Assembly (NCBI GenBank): GCA_021323375.2
Contig: JAJPCT020000018.1
Coordinates: forward strand, 32,001 to 96,000
Reading direction: 5' to 3'
From: Candidatus Wolframiiraptor gerlachensis
GTDB taxonomy: Archaea; Thermoproteota; Nitrososphaeria_A; Caldarchaeales; Wolframiiraptoraceae
DNA length: 64,000 bases
Shown here: piece after piece, positions 20,305 to 29,386 of the stretch
Numbering within the stretch: position 1 is the first letter of the stretch
Layout of the letters: every line of letters starts with the position of its first letter
Translations under genes and position numbers: made by a program
The notes under the pieces: generated by a model
What the model was told of the DNA's origin: nothing
Databases searched by the model: none
Seen by the model: only the letters and a program-made list of their open reading frames with translations

Positions 20305-20707
20305 AGACCTCATAAGGCTACTCATGGAAAACGCCCGGGCATCTTACGTCGAGATAGCCGAGAAGCTCGGCGTCTCGGAGGCCGCAGTGAGGAAGAGGAT
20401 CAAGCGCCTCGAGGATCTCGGCGTGATCAGGAGATACACGATTGATTTAGATCCTAGGAGGCTGGGCTATGAGGTGCTGGCGATAATAGGGCTGGACGCG
20501 GAACCCGAGCATCTACTCAAGGTTATGGAGGGGCTGAAGACCAGGGAGGAGGTTGTGAGACTCTACTTGACAAGCGGCGACCACATGCTCATAGTAGAAT
20601 GCTGGTTCGAGAACTCGCAGGAATTCTCAAGCTTCATCAAGGGCCTTGAGTCGAGGGAGGGTATTAGAAGAGTCTGCCCAGCAATAGTCCTAGAAAGACT
20701 CAAGTAA
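20285..20707 (+). CDS. Lrp/AsnC family transcriptional regulator (LrpA-like; start ATG 20285)
   Basis: [36 protein letters not shown]; RAM domain TSGDHML; VCPAI. Confidence 0.93.
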   Translation: MVRISNQDLIRLLMENARASYVEIAEKLGVSEAAVRKRIKRLEDLGVIRRYTIDLDPRRLGYEVLAIIGLDAEPEHLLKVMEGLKTREEVVRLYLTSGDHMLIVECWFENSQEFSSFIKGLESREGIRRVCPAIVLERLK

Positions 20708-20740
20708 ATAGTTGGGGATATCTTTCCAGGTGCGGGGCGG

Positions 20741-20944
20741 CTAAAGCTTAATCCCTCTTTCCCTAAGTATCGTGAGAATTCTCGCGATTCTTCTCCTAAT
20801 GTTTCTTATCTGGGCAGTCTTTTCCAACCCTCCACCCGCGACAGTCTTACTTCTGATTAACACGAGCTCCGCCCGGAGCCTGTCGAGCTCGCTTATCAGC
20901 TCCTCGCTACTCTTCTCCCTCAGCTCCTTCACTTCCCTCACCAA
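20741..20944 (-). CDS. rpl29: 50S ribosomal protein L29
   Basis: KELREKSSEEL...L..L..EL, IRNIRRRIARILT; follows rps3. Confidence 0.93.
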   Translation of the reverse strand: MVREVKELREKSSEELISELDRLRAELVLIRSKTVAGGGLEKTAQIRNIRRRIARILTILRERGIKL

Positions 20945-21566
20945 CCTCAACCACCTCCATCTTACCCGGCTCCGGAGCAACCACCTTTATCTCCTCCGGC
21001 ATCGGTGCGTCGGGCGGGTAGATCTTCACCTTTACCCCATATACACCCGGCTTTAACAGTATGGAGGCCTTCCCAACCTTGACATACTTCAGCGCCGGGT
21101 CGCCGGACTTCGGCATAATCCCAGCCGTATATTTCTCGGTCCTATGCCTCGCGGAGGTAAGCTTACCACTTATCTCTATCTCGACCCCACGGGCTCCAGC
21201 CTCCATAATTCTTCTCAAAGCCCAGAAGGCAACCCTCCTATGCCTAACACCCCTCTCCAAGGCCTGCGCGATCCTATAGGCCATAACTTGTGGGTTGAGC
21301 TCCGGGACCTCTATCTCGGCAACCGTGACATTCGGGTTCTCGACACCAAACCTTTTCTCAAGCTCCTCCGTTATCTCCTTGATCGTCCTCCCCCTCGGGC
21401 CTATAACCCTGCCGGGCCTCATAGCATAGATAGTAACTCTAGTACCCATGGGCGTAAACGTTATATCAACTCCCCCGAAGCCGGCATCCTTAAGCTTCTC
21501 TGCAAGATACTCGTAGATCTCAGCCTTCTTTATCTTGCTGGATAGAATGTTCTTGATCGCCGACAT
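20907..21566 (-). CDS. rps3: 30S ribosomal protein S3
   Basis: KH domain RPGRVIG, PELNP, GARGVEIEISGKL, KPGVYGVKV. Confidence 0.97.
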   Translation of the reverse strand: MSAIKNILSSKIKKAEIYEYLAEKLKDAGFGGVDITFTPMGTRVTIYAMRPGRVIGPRGRTIKEITEELEKRFGVENPNVTVAEIEVPELNPQVMAYRIAQALERGVRHRRVAFWALRRIMEAGARGVEIEISGKLTSARHRTEKYTAGIMPKSGDPALKYVKVGKASILLKPGVYGVKVKIYPPDAPMPEEIKVVAPEPGKMEVVEVGEGSEGAEGEE

Positions 21567-21567
21567 C

Positions 21568-22035
21568 TCAGCGCCTCACCTCCCCTACAACCTCAATATG
21601 AACTAGCTGTTTGTCATAGGGCGTGGCCCTCCCAAAAGCCCTAGGCATGAACTTCCTAATCCTCCTAGCCTTATGAGCGGCTGCATGGACTATGACTACC
21701 TCATCCGGGTCTAGTCCCTTGAAATCCGCGTTAGCCTCCAAGCTCTCCAAGAGCTTGAGCATGTGCTTGGCGACCTTAACCGGGTAGCCTCCAGCACCCT
21801 TAGTCTCGGCATGATGCGCCCTATTCTTCTTATATCTGCGATAGGGTATCATCCTCCTCATAGCTATAACATCCTCCATGAGCTTCTTCGCCTCCGGTAT
21901 CGTCAGCCCTATAATCGCCTTACAAACCTCTCTAGACCATTTCGGAGATACATCAATCTCCCTCAAGCTCGCCTTGACAGTTCTCGTCTCATCCAGCTCC
22001 TTAACCGAGTAAGACCAGTGAGGCATGCGAAGCAC
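21568..22035 (-). CDS. rpl22: 50S ribosomal protein L22
   Basis: SPK..REVC, GGYPVK, ANADFKGLD, PRAFGRA, HIEV. Confidence 0.96.
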   Translation of the reverse strand: MLRMPHWSYSVKELDETRTVKASLREIDVSPKWSREVCKAIIGLTIPEAKKLMEDVIAMRRMIPYRRYKKNRAHHAETKGAGGYPVKVAKHMLKLLESLEANADFKGLDPDEVVIVHAAAHKARRIRKFMPRAFGRATPYDKQLVHIEVVGEVRR

Positions 22036-22178
22036 CCTTTAAGCCTCTTCCCGCAAGCCCCTTTCAAGACCTCTATTTAATCTTTGAACAGGCCTCACAA
22101 AAGTTCCTCGTAAAGCTTTATGCATAACGCGATTTTATAAGAAAGCTTTAAGCCGGGCCCCTCAGACAAAATCAAGCC

Positions 22179-23771
22179 GTGAAAGTCGCGGAGCTACTAT
22201 TTCCCCAAGGACCGTTGTCATCTCTGGAGTTCCGCGATAAGGTTCTGGAGGTCTTCCGGAAGGCCGGTCTATCGAGCGATCTAGAACTGGGCCTAATCAC
22301 GAGAGAGCATCTCGAGGCTCTTGCATTTTTCTCACTTGAGGAGCTTGAGCCAGAGGAGCGGCGGAGATTCTTCACACTCCTAGCAGGGCTTCTAGAAGAG
22401 GAGGGTAATGAGCTCTACAAGATCTTCGAGCCCAAAATAATCATAAGGAAATCCAGCGATCGGAGGAACTTCCAAGAAGTCGTGTCCGGCGTGGACTTGA
22501 GGAGCGCAGAGCTTGAGGCTGATAGATGCCTCAGGTGCAGGGTTCCTAAATGCGTTAACGTGTGCCCGGTGAAGTTCCCCGTGCCAGCCTTCCTAAAGGC
22601 TGTCGCGAGTGGAAGGCATGAAGCAGCGTACAAAATCTCCCTAGCTATATATCCGACGCTTGGAATATGTGGGAGAATATGCGATGGATTTTGTGAGCAA
22701 GCATGTACTCTTGGACAAATATGCGGCAACTCGCTCAAGATTAGAGCTATGAAGAGGGCGGTCGCCGATAACATGCAGAAAGTTTCTGGATTAATTGATC
22801 TACCGAAGCCTAAGTCGGGATCAGGGTTTAGAGTCGCTGTGATAGGATCTGGCCCAGCTGGGCTCACAGCGGCATATCATCTGAGGCTTATGGGCCATGA
22901 TGTCACCATCTTTGACGCGGGGGAGAGGCCTGGGGGGAGGCTTGCCGATTCGATACCCGAGTTCAGGCTACCCTTACAAGTTGTTGAGAGGGAAGTTGGA
23001 ATATTGAGGATGCTTGGCGTGGAGTTTAGAATGGGGGTTGAATTCGGCCGCGACCTAACGATCGATGATCTCTTCAAGCAGGGCTATAGAGCGGTCTTCA
23101 TAGCGACGGGCGCTGGCAGGTCAAACATCCCTCAAATGAAGGGGGTCGAGTTGGAGAGCGTTCACGCCGCGCTGGAGTTTCTGAAGCTGGTCAAGGAGGG
23201 GAGGCTTAGATCCATGTCGGGTAAGGTCTGGGTTATAGGCGGGGGCAACACGGCGATAGATGCTGCTCGAACAGCCCTTAGGCTAGGAGCAGAATCTGTC
23301 AGGATAATGTATCGGAGGAGTATGGAGGAGATGCCTGCTAGGAGGGAGGAGATTGAGGAGGCCCTCGATGAAGGAGTAGAGATAATGTTCCTCACTCAGC
23401 CGATAGAGCTGATAGGTGAGGATGGCAGGCTCCGAAAAATAAGATGTATCAAGATGATGCTCGGGGAGCGGGGGCCTGATGGGAGGAGAAAGCCCGTGCC
23501 ACTAGAGGGTTCTGAATTCGAGGTCGAGGCCGATCACGTGATATTTGCGACCGGTGAGCGCCCCTCAACCGAGTGGCTCTCGGAACGGGATGGCATAGAG
23601 CTAATGGAGGATGGGAGGATAAAAGTGAATGAGAGGCTTGAGACCAGCAGGCGCGGCGTCTTCGCTGGGGGAGACGTTGTTAGAGGACCATCGCTCTATA
23701 GCGTGGCCTCGGCTGATGGGATGAGAGCTGCCAAGGAGATTGACCGTTACCTGAGAAGCCTATCTTCCTAG
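22179..23771 (+). CDS. GltD/SudA(NfnB)-like NADPH-dependent FAD/[4Fe-4S] oxidoreductase with N-terminal extension
   Basis: EADRCLRC...C...CP, CGRIC...CEQAC, IGSGPAGL, IPEFRLP, GGGNTAIDAAR, YRRS, FAGGD. Confidence 0.88.
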   Translation: MKVAELLFPQGPLSSLEFRDKVLEVFRKAGLSSDLELGLITREHLEALAFFSLEELEPEERRRFFTLLAGLLEEEGNELYKIFEPKIIIRKSSDRRNFQEVVSGVDLRSAELEADRCLRCRVPKCVNVCPVKFPVPAFLKAVASGRHEAAYKISLAIYPTLGICGRICDGFCEQACTLGQICGNSLKIRAMKRAVADNMQKVSGLIDLPKPKSGSGFRVAVIGSGPAGLTAAYHLRLMGHDVTIFDAGERPGGRLADSIPEFRLPLQVVEREVGILRMLGVEFRMGVEFGRDLTIDDLFKQGYRAVFIATGAGRSNIPQMKGVELESVHAALEFLKLVKEGRLRSMSGKVWVIGGGNTAIDAARTALRLGAESVRIMYRRSMEEMPARREEIEEALDEGVEIMFLTQPIELIGEDGRLRKIRCIKMMLGERGPDGRRKPVPLEGSEFEVEADHVIFATGERPSTEWLSERDGIELMEDGRIKVNERLETSRRGVFAGGDVVRGPSLYSVASADGMRAAKEIDRYLRSLSS

Positions 23772-24457
23772 CGATACTCGAGGACGACCATGACATGATC
23801 GCGCTCATATGGCTCGAGTGATATGACCTCGATCGGCTTAAACCCATTCTTCTCGAGGATCTCAACCTCCCTCCTATAGATTATCTCGGGCTCTTGGACG
23901 CTGTCGATGCTCCTTGCCTTGACGGCTAGGTATCCATGCCCCCCGCTCTTAAGCATGAGCCTAGCATTGTCCGAGAATAGCTTCGCCTGCTCTGGCTGGG
24001 CCACGTCGCAGTAGATCACGTCAACCTCGCCAACGATGGGCGCATAGGTCTCCGGCTTCCTAGCATCGCCAAAAATCGGAACCACGTTCATCCTCCTATC
24101 CGAGACATTACGCTTGAACTGTATCATGACCCTGGCCGCGAACTCGACCCCATATAGCACGCCCCGCTCCCCTATTATATCGGAGACATGGCTTGAGGTG
24201 GTTCCAGTCGCGGTTCCGAGATAGAGGACTCTCGAGCCAGGCTTTATGAACATGTTATCCATACCCTTTATTATTGCCGCGGCCAGCTTGCTCCGATAAG
24301 GTATCCAGCTACGATACTCCTCGCCCCTAACCCTGTAAAGCTTCTCACCATAAACTTGGACGCCTGGAACTAGATTCTTGGTCGCCAGCACCTTCTCCCC
24401 CTCATCCCTTATCCAGTAAACCCCCTCGAATCTCTCATGTGGAGTTAGCTCCACCAT
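23768..24457 (-). CDS. flpA: Fibrillarin-like rRNA/tRNA 2'-O-methyltransferase
   Basis: VYGEK, W.PYRSKLAAAI, VLYLG...GTT.SHVSD, DVAQPEQ, LEPYERDH. Confidence 0.96.
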   Translation of the reverse strand: MVELTPHERFEGVYWIRDEGEKVLATKNLVPGVQVYGEKLYRVRGEEYRSWIPYRSKLAAAIIKGMDNMFIKPGSRVLYLGTATGTTSSHVSDIIGERGVLYGVEFAARVMIQFKRNVSDRRMNVVPIFGDARKPETYAPIVGEVDVIYCDVAQPEQAKLFSDNARLMLKSGGHGYLAVKARSIDSVQEPEIIYRREVEILEKNGFKPIEVISLEPYERDHVMVVLEYR

Positions 24458-24508
24458 GCTCCCTTACCACTCTACATCGTATACGGCTTCATAATTATCT
24501 TTCTCCCG

Positions 24509-26329
24509 TTAGAGGACCGTCACGCTCTTGGCGAGGTTTCTCGGCTTATCTGGATCCAGCCCCCTCTCCAGCGCCAGGTAGTATGCTAGGAACTGGAATG
24601 GGATGACGTAGATTATCGGGCTCAGGATCTCGTGAACCTTTGGAAGGCCGAGCCACCAGTCCACATTCTCCCTAAGCTCGTTATCGCCCTCGGTTCCAAC
24701 ACAGTATATCTTGGCACCTCGAGCCTTCATCTCCATAATATTCCCCAGTATATGCTTCCGAGTAGAGTCTGATGGGGCTATGAAGAATACGGGATACCCA
24801 TCCTCGATGACGCTTATCGGCCCATGCTTGCTCTCTCCAGCAGGGTATGCTATGCAGGGGATATAGCTGAGCTCCATCACCTTAAGCCTCGCCTCTAAGG
24901 CGGTTGCATAGCTTATCCCCCTCCCGAGGAAGAAGATGCTCCGCGCGTTCGCGAGCTCCTTTGCGAGATCTCGCATAGGCTTATCCGAGATCGCGAGGGT
25001 CTTCTCGACGAGCTCCGGGAGCTTCCTAAGCTCCTCCTCGAGCTCATCTATCTCGTATTGTGCGAGCTTTCCCCTCTTCCTTGCTAGGCGGAGGGCTAGC
25101 TGGGCGAGGACTGTGAGCTGGGCCGTGAAGGTTTTGGTCGCGGCGACCCCAATCTCCGGCCCGGAGTTCTGGAGGACGTATGCCCTCGACACCCTCGTCA
25201 GGGTTGAGCCCACGACATTTGTGACCGCGAGTATCGTCGCGGCCGTCATCCTAGCATGATCAACCGCCGCTAGGACATCAGCGGTCTCCCCCGACTGGCT
25301 CACAGCCAATATGATCGAGTCTATGCCTATGGATCTACCATAGTTCTCTATGAACTCCGAGGCTATCACGGGGATCGTGGTCAGTCTAGCGATCTTCGAG
25401 AACATGTATGATGCGGCTATGCATGCGTTATGGGATGTTCCAGCCGCGAGGAGAAACACATCCCTACCACGGTCCAAGAACTCGGTTAAGAGGTCGAGAT
25501 ATTTCTCCTGCGCCTTGAGGGCCTCCCTAACCGTTTGAGGCTGCTCATATATCTCCTTCAACGTGAAATGTGGATAGCCAGATCTCTCCGCCTCCTCAAT
25601 AGTCCACGTCAACTCTATTATCCTCTTATTGATCTCAACCCCGGAGTCGACCTTGAAGACCCTGACCTCTGAAGGTGTTATGTATCCCACCTCACCATTA
25701 TCGATGAATATTGCTCTACGCGTATGCTCAATGAATGCGGCCACATCGCTCGCGATGAAGTTCACGCCATCCCCAAGCCCGATTATGAGCGGAGACTCAT
25801 TTCTCGCGAAGACAATTTTATCCGGCTCCCTAGGCGATATAATGGCGAGCGCGTAGCTCCCCTTAAGCCTCTTGACCGCGGCGATTGTTGACTCTAGAAG
25901 GCTCTTCCCAGCCTCCAGCCCCTCCTCTATCAGATGGGCGATAACCTCAGTATCTGTCCTAGATCTAAAGAAATGCCTCCTATCAATGAGCTCTTCCTTT
26001 AGCTCGAGGAAGTTCTCTATCACGCCATTATGAACTACGGCCACAAGCCCATCACAGTCAATATGTGGGTGAGCATTAACTTGGCTTGGTGCGCCATGGG
26101 TGGCCCATCTAGTATGAGCTATTCCTATGGATCCCGGAAGATCATCCAAGTTCAGCCTAGCATGTATCTCATCTATCTTCCCCGAGTCCTTTTTCAGATG
26201 TATCTTTCCATCATGTATTGTCGCGACTCCGGCTGAGTCATATCCCCTATACTCAAGCCTCATGAGGCCTTTACGGAGTATGGGCGCTGCGCTTCCATTC
26301 TTTAAGGCGCATCCTATGATCCCGCACAT
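24509..26329 (-). CDS. glmS: Glutamine-fructose-6-phosphate aminotransferase (start ATG 26329)
   Basis: MCGIIG, LEYRGYDSAG, HTRWATHG, SQSGETAD, KHGP, PRNLAKSVT. Confidence 0.97.
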   Translation of the reverse strand: MCGIIGCALKNGSAAPILRKGLMRLEYRGYDSAGVATIHDGKIHLKKDSGKIDEIHARLNLDDLPGSIGIAHTRWATHGAPSQVNAHPHIDCDGLVAVVHNGVIENFLELKEELIDRRHFFRSRTDTEVIAHLIEEGLEAGKSLLESTIAAVKRLKGSYALAIISPREPDKIVFARNESPLIIGLGDGVNFIASDVAAFIEHTRRAIFIDNGEVGYITPSEVRVFKVDSGVEINKRIIELTWTIEEAERSGYPHFTLKEIYEQPQTVREALKAQEKYLDLLTEFLDRGRDVFLLAAGTSHNACIAASYMFSKIARLTTIPVIASEFIENYGRSIGIDSIILAVSQSGETADVLAAVDHARMTAATILAVTNVVGSTLTRVSRAYVLQNSGPEIGVAATKTFTAQLTVLAQLALRLARKRGKLAQYEIDELEEELRKLPELVEKTLAISDKPMRDLAKELANARSIFFLGRGISYATALEARLKVMELSYIPCIAYPAGESKHGPISVIEDGYPVFFIAPSDSTRKHILGNIMEMKARGAKIYCVGTEGDNELRENVDWWLGLPKVHEILSPIIYVIPFQFLAYYLALERGLDPDKPRNLAKSVTVL

Positions 26330-26430
26330 CGCTCTCAATGACCCAAGAAGCTTATTTCTTCTCTTAAAATCTTATCATGTTAGAAAATCTAGAACTTTGG
26401 TGAAGAAGCGATAATGGATGGGATGGGGTG

Positions 26431-26566
26431 GGCTGGCTGACGTATTCTCGCAGCCATAAAGGCCGCAGAGAAAAGCCTTAAAACCATCCATGGATTCATT
26501 AATCCTCCATGGTGGGATAACCATCCTAACCTTACCGACCCTTATGGCTCTTACTACCAGCCAGCC
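26431..26566 (-). ncRNA. Candidate structured non-coding RNA (nested rod-like hairpin), family unknown
   Basis: Nested inverted repeats: GGCUGGCUGGU/GUCAGCCAGCC, 14-bp AGCCAUAAGGGUCG/CGGCCUUUAUGGCU, apical CCAUGGA/UCCAUGG. Mismatches within these helices are G-U only on the minus strand. Confidence 0.45.
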
Positions 26567-27020
26567 ATCAAATTTGTTATCACTAGCTATGTCAAAACGT
26601 TTTCAGCACCTTGTAAGAATTAATTAAATAATTCTAATTTGGGTATTGCCTGCCTCTTTGGCAAATAGAGGCCTTCTCACGAAAAACTACAGACATTACT
26701 TCTATCCTATTGAGTTTGGATAACAGGAAGATAGTCAGGCCAGGTGTAGTAAAGATCAAGAGGGGGCTAGACTTCAAAATGTTTAAAATGTTTACTCTAC
26801 TAATCCTAGAGATCCGGGAGAGATCATTATATCGAGAGGACATCTACCTTATAGATCCATAGGTAGAAGTGTAATCCTAGAAACCTAAGCGGAAAATAAA
26901 AGACTTTTTTGAAACGGTTAGGGTAAAGAAGAAGTTATCAAAAACTTTTCCCTTTCCAACCGAATTTTGTTTTTATCATTCTAGAGCTTCCTAGGTTAAG
27001 CTCTCCAAGGAGTAGAATCA

Positions 27021-29333
27021 CTAATCCGCTCCCAAGTATCCGGCGAAATAAACCTGTCCTACAGCTGCTCCACCATCCCCAGGCGGGATCATCCTATTTA
27101 CGTGAATCCTGAACCCTGAGGCTCTTTCTATGGCTGAGAGGATTACATGGTTGACAGCGGCACCTCCTGAGACGTATATAGCCTTGACTCCAAGCTCGCG
27201 GGCCTTCTCAGCGGCGACGGCCCCAAGACAACTCCCCAAGATATACTGCGCCGTGTAAGCTATATCATGTCTAGAGTTGTTGTCGAGGCTCTCCACTATG
27301 GCCCTCATGATCTCGCCAGTCATTATTGTGATCGCATCGCCCTTCTTGGAGACGAAGTCATCCGATGGATTACTGATTATCAGCCTCCCGCCATAAGACG
27401 CCTCCTCAAGCATTATCGCCGGCTCGCCCTCATATGTCCTCTCGAGGCAGAGTGTTAGGAGGGCTGAGACGCTATCAAGAAATCTTCCAGTACTTGATGT
27501 CATAGGCCCTCTTCCCCGCCTTATTTGGGCTAGGACCGCCTCAAGCTCTCTAGACCCATGCTTGAACCCTCTCAGGAGGCCGCGCCTCCGGATGAAGGAC
27601 CCGACCTCATCAAGATCCATGAACTTGGATAGTATTGAGGCGAGCATTCTGACGGGCCTATAGGCTGCTAGGTCGCCGCCCGGCATGAGCGAGTAGTCTA
27701 AGAATCCGGCGCGCTCGAATACTCCATCAGCCCATGCTAGGATCTCGCCTCCCCAGATCGCTCCATCGAGCCCATAGCCGGCTCCATCAATCATTATTCC
27801 CACGGCGGGCTCATCCAGGTCATGGCCTACCTCAGCCATAACCGATGCGAAGTGGGCGATGTGATGCTGAACAAGCTTAAGCTCGAGCCCCTTACCGGAT
27901 GCGTATTTCTCCGCAGCCCTCCTTGAATAATAAGCTGGATGGAGATCCGCCGCGACGACTGGCCTTCTCTCAATTAAGCCATAGCATTCTGAGAGGAATT
28001 CGAGGTTGCCGACATGCTCCTCGAGCACCCTCGGATTATCCATGTCGCCCGAGTAGGGTGCCAAGATTATCTTATCATCAAACCCTATTGCGCCATTAGT
28101 CTCGAGATCGCCCCCAAAGGCTATCACGGGCCTCTTAAGGGGATGCTTGAGCTTCATGATCCTCGGGGCATATCCCCTCCCATATCTCAGGATCACCGGA
28201 CCGCCATGAGTCGGCCTAACAACCGAGTCATCAACCCTATGAACTATTTTCCTATTATGCGTCAGGATATAGTCTACTATGCTCGTGAGCTCTTTTAGCC
28301 TCGAGTCATCGCTTATCATGGGGTCTCCATGCACGTTCCCGCTCGTCATTACTAGGAACTTGTCCCTTGTCTCCATAAGTAGAAGGTAGTGGAGGGGCGT
28401 ATATGCGAGCATGAGCCCGAGGCTTCGAAGGGATGGGGCCACATAGTCGGAGACCGGGCAGTCCTCCCTCCTCAGCAGGATTATTATCGGCTTGATGAAC
28501 CCCGTGAACAGGTCGATTAGGTCCTCGGGGATCTCGACAAGCTTCTCCGCGACCTCTAGGTTGAGCGCCATTATTGCGAAGGGCTTTCTAGGCCTCCTCT
28601 TCCTCCTCCTAAGCTCCAAGACAACCTCATCATCGCTCGCGAGGCATGCTATATGATAGCCGCCAATCCCCTTTACCGCGACAATCATCCCCTCGTCAAT
28701 CAGCCTCGCAGCCTGCTTCACGGGATCATCGGCTTCAACTCTCTCAAAACTCCTATCTAGAAGGGATATTCTGGGGCCACATCTAGGGCAGCTTATCCCT
28801 TGAGCATGATACCTCCTCTCATTCCAGAGATCATTATACTCGCTCAAGCACTCATCACATAACGGGAAATCCCTCATCGCCGTATTCTCCCTATCATAGG
28901 GCGGCTTGTAGATCATTGAATACCTGGGCCCGCACCAGGCGCAGCTATTAAACGGGTACCTATACCATCTGCTCGCGGGATTCACCACCTCTCCGAGGCA
29001 GTGCTCGCAGGCGGCAAGATCCTGAGGAATCTCGGATGCTATGATCCTCTCAATGCCGCTCTCAAGTATGATGAAGTCTTGGAGGCTGGAGGGCTTCACC
29101 TCTTCAACCTTTACAATCTCGAGCTTGGCTGGTGGGGGACGTCTCTCCATGAGTAGCCTGAGAAACTCGCCTACACGACCCTCCTCCTCCGACTCGACAA
29201 ATATCTCAACCTCCCCGCCGCCGAGGTTCCTCACATAGCCTCTCACGCCGGTGATCTTGGCTATCCTCCTGACGAATGGCCTGAAGCCGACACCCTGAAC
29301 CATTCCAGTGACATATATTCTCAGAGCCTTCAT
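27021..29333 (-). CDS. hypF: Carbamoyltransferase HypF
   Basis: Acylphosphatase G.VQGVGFRPF, two Zn fingers, KGIGGYH, DLHP.Y, QHH.AH, PGDG. Confidence 0.96.
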   Translation of the reverse strand: MKALRIYVTGMVQGVGFRPFVRRIAKITGVRGYVRNLGGGEVEIFVESEEEGRVGEFLRLLMERRPPPAKLEIVKVEEVKPSSLQDFIILESGIERIIASEIPQDLAACEHCLGEVVNPASRWYRYPFNSCAWCGPRYSMIYKPPYDRENTAMRDFPLCDECLSEYNDLWNERRYHAQGISCPRCGPRISLLDRSFERVEADDPVKQAARLIDEGMIVAVKGIGGYHIACLASDDEVVLELRRRKRRPRKPFAIMALNLEVAEKLVEIPEDLIDLFTGFIKPIIILLRREDCPVSDYVAPSLRSLGLMLAYTPLHYLLLMETRDKFLVMTSGNVHGDPMISDDSRLKELTSIVDYILTHNRKIVHRVDDSVVRPTHGGPVILRYGRGYAPRIMKLKHPLKRPVIAFGGDLETNGAIGFDDKIILAPYSGDMDNPRVLEEHVGNLEFLSECYGLIERRPVVAADLHPAYYSRRAAEKYASGKGLELKLVQHHIAHFASVMAEVGHDLDEPAVGIMIDGAGYGLDGAIWGGEILAWADGVFERAGFLDYSLMPGGDLAAYRPVRMLASILSKFMDLDEVGSFIRRRGLLRGFKHGSRELEAVLAQIRRGRGPMTSSTGRFLDSVSALLTLCLERTYEGEPAIMLEEASYGGRLIISNPSDDFVSKKGDAITIMTGEIMRAIVESLDNNSRHDIAYTAQYILGSCLGAVAAEKARELGVKAIYVSGGAAVNHVILSAIERASGFRIHVNRMIPPGDGGAAVGQVYFAGYLGAD

Positions 29334-29386
29334 GGAGGCGCCAGAAAGATGAAGGGGTTCGGAGAATAAAAACTAGATCGCGCCAC

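Noticed and set aside
26330-26600. Canonical glmS ribozyme upstream of glmS
   Set aside because: The conserved core (AGCGCC...ACU, GACGAGG) is absent, and glmS has its own TATA-like element ~35 nt upstream of the ATG.
26634-26862. Short ORFs (69 aa minus, ~48 aa plus) in the AT-rich gap
   Set aside because: No recognisable motif, atypical composition, and they overlap each other.
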